IMG/VR virus record: IMGVR_UViG_2731957961_000002
Reading direction: 5' to 3' (one strand)
DNA: 64,000 nucleotides
DNA from: an uncultured virus (IMG/VR IMGVR_UViG_2731957961_000002)
Lineage: Duplodnaviria > Heunggongvirae > Uroviricota > Caudoviricetes
Shown here: positions 48,059-56,566 of the stretch, piece after piece
Position numbering within the stretch: the stretch's first letter is position 1
How the letters are laid out: each line of letters begins with the position of its first letter
Made by a program: the position numbers and the translations under genes
Notes under the pieces: generated by a model
Databases searched by the model: none
Told to the model about the DNA's origin: nothing
Seen by the model: only the letters and a program-made list of their open reading frames with translations

Positions 48059-49747
48059 ATGGCAGCGATTGACTTCCCGGCCGCACCGGCCCCCGGCGAC
48101 GAGCACACCCAGAACGGCATCACCTACACGTGGACCGGCTCGGCGTGGGTGATCAACGAATTCCCGGCGCTGCCGCTGCCCGCGCCTGTCATGCAGCAGA
48201 AGCGCACCTCGACCAACAACAACCCGCCAACGGGGCTGCTGCCGGGTCAGCTCGCGGTCGAGATGGGCACGCCGCTGCGGCTGTGGGTCGGCGTGCCGAC
48301 CGGCCTCGATCCTAGCGGCAAGAAGTTGCTGGCCGATTCTGGTCTCGACCCGTATGTGAACATCACGGGCGACACGATGACCGGTGACCTTGTCATCCAG
48401 AAAGTCACGCCCGGTGTCGCCCTCGACAAACCGGCTTCCGGCTCGATGTCGGTGGTCACCGGCAAGATGGCTGGCAATCTGCGCTGGCTGGTCGCATATG
48501 GCAACGCCACGGCGGAAGCTGGCGGCAACACTGGCTCGGATTTCGAGGTCGCACGCTACACCGATGCGGGCGCTTACATCGATAGCCCGTTGGTCATCAA
48601 GCGCGACACTGGTCTCGCGGTAGTCAAGGGACCACCAACGGAAGCCGGAGGCATTGCCACCAAAGCCTACGTCGATGCGGCCGGCGTTGGCGCGGTGCCA
48701 ATGTATACGCGCGGCCACGAAAACATCTTCATCAACGGCGACATGAGCGTGTCGCAGGAACTTGGTGATCTGAGCACCGGCAACATCGTCAGCACCGGGG
48801 CCAAGTACGCCTGCGATCTGTGGTGGATCAACCAGCAAAACGCGAGTGCGGGCGTCGTGGCCGGACAGCGGTTCGGCGTGCCCTATGGCGGCCCCAGCGC
48901 GAACATTCCGCTGGCGCTCCGGATCAATTGCAATCTGGCTGGCAACTGGAACGCTACCGCGACCGATTTCATGGTCTTTCTCCAGTTCATCGAAGGCAAC
49001 CGCATGGCCAAATTGAACTACGGCTCGGGTGCCCCGATCACCAGCACCATCTCGTTCTGGGCGCGAGCATCGGTGGCCGGCACCGGCACCTTCTCGATAC
49101 GCAATTCGGCGATTACCCGTTGCTTCCTGCATGACTTCACCATCGCGGCTCCGAATGTCTGGCAATACTTCTCGTTCGTGGTGCCCGGTTGCATCGATGC
49201 CGTGTGGAACATGAATGCTCTTCTCGGGGCTTATGCCGCTTGGTGCTTCGGAGCCGGAACCAACTTCAGGCATGTGACGCAGGATGCGTGGATCGACGTC
49301 TCCAGCATCGGGCAGAAGTTCGCCAGCAACGCCATCTCAAATTTCTTCGGCACCGTCAACAACACCGTCGATATCACCGGGTTGATGTGGCTGCCCGGCG
49401 ATACGCCGCCGACCGCCGCGCAGAATGTGCTGATGTTCAAGGGTCCCGCGCACGAGATGCCTTTGGTGCAGCGTTATTTCCGGCAGCACAAGTGGAGCGT
49501 CGAGGGATACACCAACGGGGCTCAAACTCGCGTCACCTGCAATCACGGCATTATCCAGATGCGACAAGCACCAACTGTCACGCGAGTGACCACCGGCACG
49601 CACGCCAACATTCGCGGCGGTGATCCGACCACCTTTGTGTCGTGCTCCGGCGTTGATGCCGCCAGCATCGTAACGAATATCGAAAGCAATGCGGCTGGCT
49701 ATACGCAGGCGAATGGCTTTGTCGATAATCTGAGTGCGAGGTACTGA
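48059..49747 (+). CDS. Tail fibre protein
   Basis: FPAAP..YTWTG.AW, GDTMTGDL, ATKAYVD, NIFINGDM.VSQ, LVQRYF. Confidence 0.85.
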   Translation: MAAIDFPAAPAPGDEHTQNGITYTWTGSAWVINEFPALPLPAPVMQQKRTSTNNNPPTGLLPGQLAVEMGTPLRLWVGVPTGLDPSGKKLLADSGLDPYVNITGDTMTGDLVIQKVTPGVALDKPASGSMSVVTGKMAGNLRWLVAYGNATAEAGGNTGSDFEVARYTDAGAYIDSPLVIKRDTGLAVVKGPPTEAGGIATKAYVDAAGVGAVPMYTRGHENIFINGDMSVSQELGDLSTGNIVSTGAKYACDLWWINQQNASAGVVAGQRFGVPYGGPSANIPLALRINCNLAGNWNATATDFMVFLQFIEGNRMAKLNYGSGAPITSTISFWARASVAGTGTFSIRNSAITRCFLHDFTIAAPNVWQYFSFVVPGCIDAVWNMNALLGAYAAWCFGAGTNFRHVTQDAWIDVSSIGQKFASNAISNFFGTVNNTVDITGLMWLPGDTPPTAAQNVLMFKGPAHEMPLVQRYFRQHKWSVEGYTNGAQTRVTCNHGIIQMRQAPTVTRVTTGTHANIRGGDPTTFVSCSGVDAASIVTNIESNAAGYTQANGFVDNLSARY

Positions 49748-49749
49748 GC

Positions 49750-50205
49750 ATGGCCGATTACCGCTTGCGTAACCTCAATGGTCTGGCCTACGTGCAGCAT
49801 GTGCCGACCACCACCCTCATTCCACTGTTCGTGCCCGATTACGACGTGCGCGAGTTTGTGGAGTATCAGGCGTGGCTGGCGGCGGGCAATACGCCTGATC
49901 CCGACTTTCCCAGCCTCGATCCGACCGTGCCGCCCGTTCTCGACAGGCGGCAATTCTGGATGCGACTCGCCCTGATGGGCAAGATCAACGAACAGGCCGC
50001 CATGAACGCCATGGAAGGTGACATTCCCGATGTCATCGAGACGTTCATCCTGACGCTGTCGGCCGGTGATCAGTTCATGGCCCGGATGTTTTTCAAGGGG
50101 GATCGATTCGAGCGCGTGCACGCCTTGCAGGCGCATACCAAAGCGGGTCTCGCGTTCAACGACGCGCAGCTCGATCAGTTCTTCCGCGATGCATTTCTTC
50201 TGTAA
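49750..50205 (+). CDS. Tail fibre-associated/assembly protein
   Basis: EYQAWLAAGNTP; RRQF..AL..QLDQFF. Confidence 0.7.
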   Translation: MADYRLRNLNGLAYVQHVPTTTLIPLFVPDYDVREFVEYQAWLAAGNTPDPDFPSLDPTVPPVLDRRQFWMRLALMGKINEQAAMNAMEGDIPDVIETFILTLSAGDQFMARMFFKGDRFERVHALQAHTKAGLAFNDAQLDQFFRDAFLL

Positions 50206-50220
50206 GGGAGGCCGTAGGCC

Positions 50221-51591
50221 ATGACTGGCATGTTTCCTTCTAGCGGCGTCCCGGCCACGGATGCCCACAACACCATCCTCGACCCCAACACCGTCAACTG
50301 CGATGATCTCTGGTACTCGACGACGCGGTGCCAGCCGCGCTTCGACCCGGCGGCTGCCAATGCCACGCTGTCGGAACTGATCAATCTGGTCAACTGCGCC
50401 GGCATTCCCTATGACTGCACCAAGTTCGACAACCTCTGTCGCGCGGTCAGGTACCTCACCAAGATGTACTGCGCGCCGCTGACCGGCGGACCGGCGGCCT
50501 ATGGTGCCGTGTTTGACCCGCCGCTGCTGGAGCTGCCGGACGATTGCTGCACACATTTCACGGTGATACCGAACGTCGAGAACAACGGCGCGGTGACCAT
50601 CAATCTGCACCCGGTGCTGCGCAACGATCTGCAAGAGTTGCGGCCGGGCGACTTCACCGCCGGCATTCCCATCGAGCTGATCTGGTGTAACGGCAAGTTC
50701 GTCGTGCCGTACATGGTCCGGTCGCAGACTCCGGTCGAATTCAAGGGCCAGCTCGACTACTGGGTCCGCCCCGACGGCAGCGATGCGACCGGCGATGGCA
50801 CCGCCAACTCGCCGAGCAAGGCGTTCCGCACCATCAACTACGCTTTCCAGACCGCGATGAGCCGTTACGTTCGGTCGCCGGAAATGATCCTCAACATCCG
50901 GCTCGGCATCCCCGGCGACTACGAGGGTGCGCGCATCTACAAGTTTCCCGGCATCATCAACATCATCGGCGACATCGTCGCTCCGGCCGGCTATCGCATT
51001 CACTGCTCGACCGGGGCCGATGGTGGCGTCTGCATCTTCGCCGAAGGCTCCACGGTCCACACGCGCGGCGTCAACCTGATCCTCGATGCGCAGAGTACCC
51101 TGACCGGCACCGGGCCGATTGGCGTCTTTGCCTATCGCAATGCGGTCATGAGTTTCAGCCACGGCCGCGCTGAGCTGAACATCAACGGCCACGCCATCTC
51201 CTCCGGGTTCTTCGAGAGTGGTGGCGGCGTGCTGCACATCTCCGAGGGCAGCGTGGTGGTCGATGGCAAGGGCCGCCAAATCGCCCATGGCATGGGCTCA
51301 CAGGCCAATGCGGGCTTCACCGGCTGCACTGGCGCGGTGACGCCCAACCAGCTGACCATCACGTGGATCAACTGCAACTTCATCGTTGCAGCGTATTGGG
51401 CCTACGCGCTGGCCGGTGTCGGCGTCTCCAACGACGTCATCTCAGGCGTCCCCGTGGTGACCGTGGTCGATAGCGGTTGCGTGGGTCCGGAGTACAACGC
51501 CACCGTCAACGCCTTCGTCTACGGTGGCGGCAAGGTCATCCCCGGTGCCACCGCTGGCTCGGTCGGCAGCGGCGGCGTCTTCCAACCCTGA
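50221..51591 (+). CDS. Tail spike/second receptor-binding protein
   Basis: N-terminal NATLSELIN..NLCRAV anchor; YWVRPDGSD..G..AFRTI followed by beta-helix-like body. Confidence 0.75.
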   Translation: MTGMFPSSGVPATDAHNTILDPNTVNCDDLWYSTTRCQPRFDPAAANATLSELINLVNCAGIPYDCTKFDNLCRAVRYLTKMYCAPLTGGPAAYGAVFDPPLLELPDDCCTHFTVIPNVENNGAVTINLHPVLRNDLQELRPGDFTAGIPIELIWCNGKFVVPYMVRSQTPVEFKGQLDYWVRPDGSDATGDGTANSPSKAFRTINYAFQTAMSRYVRSPEMILNIRLGIPGDYEGARIYKFPGIINIIGDIVAPAGYRIHCSTGADGGVCIFAEGSTVHTRGVNLILDAQSTLTGTGPIGVFAYRNAVMSFSHGRAELNINGHAISSGFFESGGGVLHISEGSVVVDGKGRQIAHGMGSQANAGFTGCTGAVTPNQLTITWINCNFIVAAYWAYALAGVGVSNDVISGVPVVTVVDSGCVGPEYNATVNAFVYGGGKVIPGATAGSVGSGGVFQP

Positions 51592-51603
51592 CAGGAGAAC
51601 AAC

Positions 51604-51813
51604 ATGGCGAGAGTACCCTACGCGCAATTGCTCGCGGAGTTCGGCGACGCGCCGAACGCGCGGATACTGGCCGCCGCCAAGTACGGCTCGGAGGCGCAAT
51701 ATTTCGAGCGCGAGCGCGAGGGCGAGCGCAATTTTCACCTCAACGGCGTGCTCAACAGTCCGGCGTGGAACGGCGGCGGTGCAGACACCGTCGATCCGAT
51801 CTCGGATCATTGA
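51604..51813 (+). CDS. Hypothetical protein
   Basis: AGGAG RBS; coupled to next ORF. Confidence 0.6.
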   Translation: MARVPYAQLLAEFGDAPNARILAAAKYGSEAQYFEREREGERNFHLNGVLNSPAWNGGGADTVDPISDH

Positions 51814-52157
51814 TGCGTGTTCTTGTCTGCGGCAGCCGGAATTATCGCGACCGCAATCACGTGTTTCGCGCGCTCGACATGCGCCACGCATCATCGCCAA
51901 TCGCGGTGATCCTGCACGGCGGTGCGACCGGGGCGGACGCGATGGCGGCGGAATGGGCCAGCGAGAACGCCGTGGAAGCGCTCGAATACCTGGCTGACTG
52001 GAAGAAGCTCGGGCCACATGCCGGCCCGAAGCGCAACGCCGACATGATCAAGTACGGCCAGCCGGATCTGGTGATTGCATTCCCCGGCAACTCCGGAACA
52101 GAGGACATGGTCGACAAGGCCGAGCGCGCCGGCATCGAGGTCGAACGGATTGATTGA
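51813..52157 (+). CDS. SLOG-family (DUF2493/YspA-like) protein
   Basis: RVLVCGSR, LHGGATGAD, AGPKRN, FPG..GT..M. Confidence 0.85.
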   Translation: MRVLVCGSRNYRDRNHVFRALDMRHASSPIAVILHGGATGADAMAAEWASENAVEALEYLADWKKLGPHAGPKRNADMIKYGQPDLVIAFPGNSGTEDMVDKAERAGIEVERID

Positions 52158-52169
52158 AGGGAGTGAGCC

Positions 52170-52292
52170 ATGATCGTTTTGCAGTGTCGCGGTCCGTGCG
52201 TCGTCAATGCAGCTGTCCCGCTCCCGGATCCGCCGCCGGTCTGGACACCACCGGCCGCATTGGCTGCGCAGCGACAAACCAAGAGCAAGTAG
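52170..52292 (+). CDS. 40-aa peptide with CxxxC N-terminus, similar to 32715..32813 (not in ORF track)
   Basis: AAGGGAG RBS; MIVLQCRGPCVVNAAVPLPDPPPVWTPPAALAAQRQTKSK. Confidence 0.6.
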   Translation: MIVLQCRGPCVVNAAVPLPDPPPVWTPPAALAAQRQTKSK

Positions 52293-52523
52293 GTGATCTC
52301 CGCAACCATCATCCTGGCATTGCTGCATGCACCGAACGGTCACGACATTCACGTCAATCCGCGTGAAGTGACCAGTATGCATGCGGCAATTCCTGGCAAG
52401 AAGAACGAACTTGTCACTGAGGGTGTGCGTTGCGTGATCAATCTGACCGACGGCAGATTCGTCAGCGTGGTGGAGACCTGCGACGAAGTCAGCCGCCTGT
52501 TTCAAACCAAGAGGCCGCCATGA
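52293..52523 (+). CDS. FlbD-like small protein
   Basis: NG..IHVNP..I.LTDGRFVSVVETCDEV. Confidence 0.6.
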   Translation: MISATIILALLHAPNGHDIHVNPREVTSMHAAIPGKKNELVTEGVRCVINLTDGRFVSVVETCDEVSRLFQTKRPP

Positions 52524-53268
52524 ACAGCGTTCCGATCTGCATCGATGTTAGCCACCACCAAGGCGTTATCGACGGCCGACTGTCGCGGCGTCAGGCGTGC
52601 GCGGCATGATCCACAAATGCAGCGAAGGCTCATCCTACACCGATCCCATGCGCGCCGAGAACTGCAGCGCCGCCCTCGCGGCCGGTCTCGGGATCTCGAC
52701 GTATCACTGGCTATCGCCTGGCTCAGATCCGCGCGACCAGATGGAGTTTTACCTGGAGCTGCTTGAGCCTCAGAATGGCGAGAGAGTTGTTGTCGACTAC
52801 GAGGAAGATGGATGCCAGCTTTCCGATCTGAAGGCCGCAATCGCTGCGATCCTCGACATCAATGATACGCTCCGCGTAACCGTCTATTCCGGTCATCTCA
52901 TCAAGGAACAATTGAGTGGCCGTGACGACTACTTGGCGGAGAATTGTGATCTCTGGTTGGCGCAGTACACGTCAGGCACGCCGACGTGGGAGACCGCAAC
53001 GTGGCCGGAATGGGCATTGTGGCAGTATAGCGAGACCGGCGTTATCCCCGGCATCGACGATGCCTATGTTGATCTCAATAACTTCAATGGCGACGAGGAA
53101 GCCTTCCTGGCCTGGATCAATCCGGCCGGCGAGGAGCCGACACCGGTACCGCCGCCGATCACACGAGCGGTTACGGTCGACATCGAGGCGCCACCCGGCG
53201 TCCAGGTGTCGGTCAACGGCACGACGATGTCCTATACACATCGAGCCCTACGAGCGAGTCTTAAATAA
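52520..53268 (+). pseudogene. GH25 endolysin with 1-bp frameshift (real lesion or sequencing error)
   Basis: IDVSHHQG in one frame; HKCSEG, VDYEE, LWLAQY, LWQYS, VDLN in another; a T after 52573 restores ID-W-PTV. Confidence 0.8.
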
Positions 53269-53501
53269 TGAATACCCTGGTCTGCTAGGCAAAGGGTCTT
53301 TGGAGGTTGAAGACCTGAAACAACATGAAAACGACCTGACCGAACTGCACGGCCAATTGGACGATTTTGCTTGGAAAATGGGCGGGCGGCGCGCCGAGAA
53401 AAAGACCGGCCAGACGTGAGATGATTGCACCTTGAGCGGGCGGCGGGGGGCTCCGGGGATAACCGGCGGTCGCTATCCGGCCGACGCAGGATCGACGCTA
53501 G

Positions 53502-53720
53502 TCACCAGTCTCGATCATTCACGCGTTTGCCGATTTTCCAACAACCAGCCATGGACAGGTACTCGGCCTCGAAAAACGCCTTGACGTCGGTACCCATCGC
53601 ATCCTGCGTGGTGTCATCGAGCTGTTGATGCACCAGCCATTTGCGATCCTTGTCGTAGACCAATGCCAGCGCTTCCGGGTCGCTGCTCGCGAGCGTGGTC
53701 TGGACCTTCACGATTTCCAT
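53502..53720 (-). CDS. Hypothetical protein, paralog of 4132..4362
   Basis: EIVKVQ..LALVYD..GTDVKAFFEAE..WKIGKRV. Confidence 0.75.
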   Translation of the reverse strand: MEIVKVQTTLASSDPEALALVYDKDRKWLVHQQLDDTTQDAMGTDVKAFFEAEYLSMAGCWKIGKRVNDRDW

Positions 53721-53946
53721 TTGGCGTACCTTCACGGTCCCGCCACACAATGCTGATGCCCGACGTCGGTTCCAAAGCGCTCGTGGCAGAGTCCGGTTAC
53801 GGGCCATTAAAAAACGGCCCCTGGAGCGCAGGGACCGGTCAGTTGGGGGGAATCTCCATTTTTAGCTTAGGAGCAATATGCCGCAATGGACCGGCGGCAC
53901 AGACCCGCAACCCATCGAAGAGGGCATCGTTCCTAAGGCTCCAACG

Positions 53947-53981
53947 AAAAAAAACGGCCCCCACGGGGATCGGGGGCCGTC
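53947..53981 (-). terminator. Terminator downstream of csbD
   Basis: A7-CGGCCCCC..GGGGGCCGT on plus strand. Confidence 0.7.
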
Positions 53982-54067
53982 GGTTCACAGAGTTTGCATG
54001 AGTGTGGTGCCGCTTCCACACGACACAGACGACCAACGTGTTCAGGGCCGGATCGTTCCTAGCGAAA

Positions 54068-54271
54068 TCACCAGCCTTGCCTGCCGTACCAGTCGTTGAT
54101 TTCCTTTTGCGCTCGGTCCTTGGCATAGCCGTAGCGCTCCTGCAGACGCCCCTCAAGCTGTTCACGCTTACCGTCGATGACATCAAGGTCGTCGTCGGTT
54201 AGCTTGCCCCACTGCTCCTTGACCTTGCCTTTCATCTGCTTCCAGTTACCTTCGACGCGGTTCCAGTCCAT
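54068..54271 (-). CDS. csbD: CsbD/YjbJ-family general stress protein
   Basis: MDWNRVEGNWKQMKGKVKEQWGKLTDDDLDVIDGKREQLEGRLQERYG. Confidence 0.95.
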   Translation of the reverse strand: MDWNRVEGNWKQMKGKVKEQWGKLTDDDLDVIDGKREQLEGRLQERYGYAKDRAQKEINDWYGRQGW

Positions 54272-54301
54272 GATGAAGCCTCCAATTTTGATATTGGATT
54301 T

Positions 54302-54327
54302 AACGTCTTGAACGGGGCGCGCGTTCC
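54302..54327 (-). promoter_or_regulatory. sigma-EcfG-type promoter of csbD
   Basis: GGAAC-N17-CGTT on minus strand. Confidence 0.75.
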
Positions 54328-54374
54328 TCGACGACACCCAAGCCGCTAGAGGTGGTCGGTCGTAGGTCAAAGCT

Positions 54375-54566
54375 CTAACTAAGATCGGGCTTAAAGCCCG
54401 CAGGCATTGCGGGGACGTCGTCCGGATCGGTGGCATTGACCTTGTTGCAGGCGGGGCACGGCGCGCCAGCGCCGCCACAACCGCAGGCCCGTTCCCCCAA
54501 GAACGGCCGATCAAGATGGTTCTCGCAAACCCACCGCGTGTTGTCGCATCTGGGGCAGTACTTCAC
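54375..54566 (-). CDS. Small Cys-rich (Zn-finger-like) protein
   Basis: CPRCDNTRWVCENH..CGCGGAGAPCPACN; GGAGG RBS. Confidence 0.7.
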   Translation of the reverse strand: MKYCPRCDNTRWVCENHLDRPFLGERACGCGGAGAPCPACNKVNATDPDDVPAMPAGFKPDLS

Positions 54567-54601
54567 GATATGCGTCCTCCAGGAAACCAATGTCGGAGGA
54601 T

Positions 54602-54805
54602 TCATTGTGTTCCGGGGTCTTGCTGCCGATCTAGCGCTGCTTTGCCCAGCCACTCAGCACAACGGTCAGCTAGCTTCTCGTATTCCTCGGCGACCCGAAG
54701 CATTCGACGCGATTCGCGGGGGTCGTAGCGCAATTGCTTCGCCTTCATGCGGGTCGCCTTTGCGCGATCTCGCCAGTACTTCGGTTGTTTGATCGGGTCA
54801 TCCAT
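54602..54805 (-). CDS. Small helical-hairpin protein
   Basis: YWRDRAKATRMKA..MLRVAEEYEKLADR. Confidence 0.7.
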   Translation of the reverse strand: MDDPIKQPKYWRDRAKATRMKAKQLRYDPRESRRMLRVAEEYEKLADRCAEWLGKAALDRQQDPGTQ

Positions 54806-54992
54806 GCAGCAAGTACTGCAACTTGCGAACCCATCGCTCCCAAACATTTGTGAAGCGGTCGGGAAAAATATGCAAGTTGGCGTTCCGAAAACCGGTAGGC
54901 AGCCGTATAATACCGCTGTACGGCAATATGTGTTTTAGTTGCTATAGACGGTTGTAGTCGGGAACTTGTGGCAAACAAGCCAATTACGAAGG

Positions 54993-55070
54993 NNNNNNNN
55001 NNNNNNNNNNNNNNNNNNNNNNNNNNNNNNNNNNNNNNNNNNNNNNNNNNNNNNNNNNNNNNNNNNNNNN
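54993..55070. other. Assembly gap (N run)
   Basis: 78 consecutive N. Confidence 1.
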
Positions 55071-55171
55071 NATTTTTCTCACCTTGAATTTGATGCAGGT
55101 CAATGCAGAAAGCCACGCTATGATCTCAATAGATCTCCCGTCCTACAGAGAGAAAGCGGAGGTCTATACGG

Positions 55172-55366
55172 GTGGATCATTTCGCCAACGCAAACGAACT
55201 TAGAAAACGAGCGGAAGAATTTCGACGAACGGCAGAAACCATCACCGAGCACCACACCAGAGCCAGCTTCCTGGAATTGGCGCGCTCCTATGATGCGTTA
55301 GCTTACGCGGAGGAGGCGGCGGGAAAGGCCTTAGACCTGGCACGACGCCGGAGCCAAGAGAACTAG
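55172..55366 (+). CDS. Small helical-hairpin protein
   Basis: LRKRAEEFRRTAE..FLELARSYDALA; GGAGG RBS. Confidence 0.7.
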   Translation: MDHFANANELRKRAEEFRRTAETITEHHTRASFLELARSYDALAYAEEAAGKALDLARRRSQEN

Positions 55367-55430
55367 CTGATCCAACTTTTGGAGTAGTGCCGCATCAGGT
55401 GCATGCACTTAGCCCCAAACGAAGCGCCCC

Positions 55431-55598
55431 TCACGTCTTCGCAGCTTCCTTGCTGATAGCGGAAATCGAATTTCCGGTCTTGCGCACGATGGCGGCCAGC
55501 TCAACGTTCGATAGCTTGAGACGCCGACGCAAAACCTTGACCTGCACCTTGCTGTTCATATCCAAAGAATTACGAAAGTACGGCCTTCGCTTGATCAT
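55431..55598 (-). CDS. DUF3606-like small protein
   Basis: LDMNSKVQVKVLRRRLKLSNVELAAIVRKTGNSISAI. Confidence 0.55.
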   Translation of the reverse strand: MIKRRPYFRNSLDMNSKVQVKVLRRRLKLSNVELAAIVRKTGNSISAISKEAAKT

Positions 55599-55850
55599 GA
55601 TGCTCTCGCAATGATGGGAGCGACGCAACCGCCCTTGGCTGCTCGCAAGATTCCGTCTCTGGCAGCCAAACTGACTCAACCAGCTTATTGTTCCTAAGTC
55701 CGCGCGATGGCGGCGACTAACTTTTGTTGTAGCGAGAGGTGGCCACCCGGTGCTGTCGTTCGACGTGGCCCTCTCCAAGGGCTGCCTCCAAGGGCTCCGG
55801 CTCCACGTCCCCTCCGTCCCCCGTCTGCGGAGCCGGGGCTTTTGGTGCGC

Positions 55851-56114
55851 TCACCGAGAATCGACCCACATCATGAACCAATGCGTGCGCCGGTCCGGCG
55901 CCTGGTTGCACGGATTTGGCGTCGGAGATCCCATCTTGAGCTTCGATTTGTCGATTGATTCCCACCGCCCCGGAAACTGCGTTGCAGCGAAATCCTCGAT
56001 CTCGACTTTCACCATGCTGTTCGGCGCACAGATCGAACAGGTGAAGCCGCCGAGCGCGGCGAACACCACAGACTCGTCGCCTCCATGTGCTGGAGAGTCA
56101 TGGCTGATCGTCAT
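55851..56114 (-). CDS. Hypothetical protein
   Basis: CSICAP..PNPCNQ.P..THW. Confidence 0.6.
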   Translation of the reverse strand: MTISHDSPAHGGDESVVFAALGGFTCSICAPNSMVKVEIEDFAATQFPGRWESIDKSKLKMGSPTPNPCNQAPDRRTHWFMMWVDSR

Positions 56115-56548
56115 GATGATAGCGGTGGTTCGAGTTCAACAACGTTGACAGCGTGGTGGCCTGGTTCGAATTCTTCCATCCAGATCCGATGTGGTCGCCG
56201 CAATGGCCAACCGGTGAAGCCGAAGGCTCCCAGCACCGTCGTCAGCACCTCCAGCCCCGGCACCTTGCCGCGGTTGGCCGATGAGATCGACAGGTGCCGG
56301 AACAGGCCATCGGGTTGCTGTTCAAACGAGAGCGCGACCCGATAAGTGCCAAGGGCGAGATGTTGCGACGGATATTGCCGCCGTACCGCTTCAACACCCG
56401 ATGCGCGTTCGCCGAGATCCAGGCTGTTGGTATCCGATTTGTCCGCGATTGATTCCAGCGCTTTCCAGGGGATTGGGTTCTGCCGGGCCTTCTCGACCGC
56501 TTCTGCGATCTGGGCCTCCTCGTCCGGACGGATCACAAGAACACTCAT
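56111..56548 (-). CDS. Hypothetical protein
   Basis: SFEQQPDGLFRHLSISS; GGAG RBS. Confidence 0.7.
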   Translation of the reverse strand: MSVLVIRPDEEAQIAEAVEKARQNPIPWKALESIADKSDTNSLDLGERASGVEAVRRQYPSQHLALGTYRVALSFEQQPDGLFRHLSISSANRGKVPGLEVLTTVLGAFGFTGWPLRRPHRIWMEEFEPGHHAVNVVELEPPLSS

Positions 56549-56566
56549 ATACAACGTCTCCAACTG

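Noticed and set aside
48059..51591. Diversity-generating retroelement acting on fibres
   Set aside because: No reverse transcriptase and no template/variable repeat pair seen
55372..55382. CCAACTTTTGG as another repressor operator
   Set aside because: Spacing too short compared with the 14-15 bp consensus
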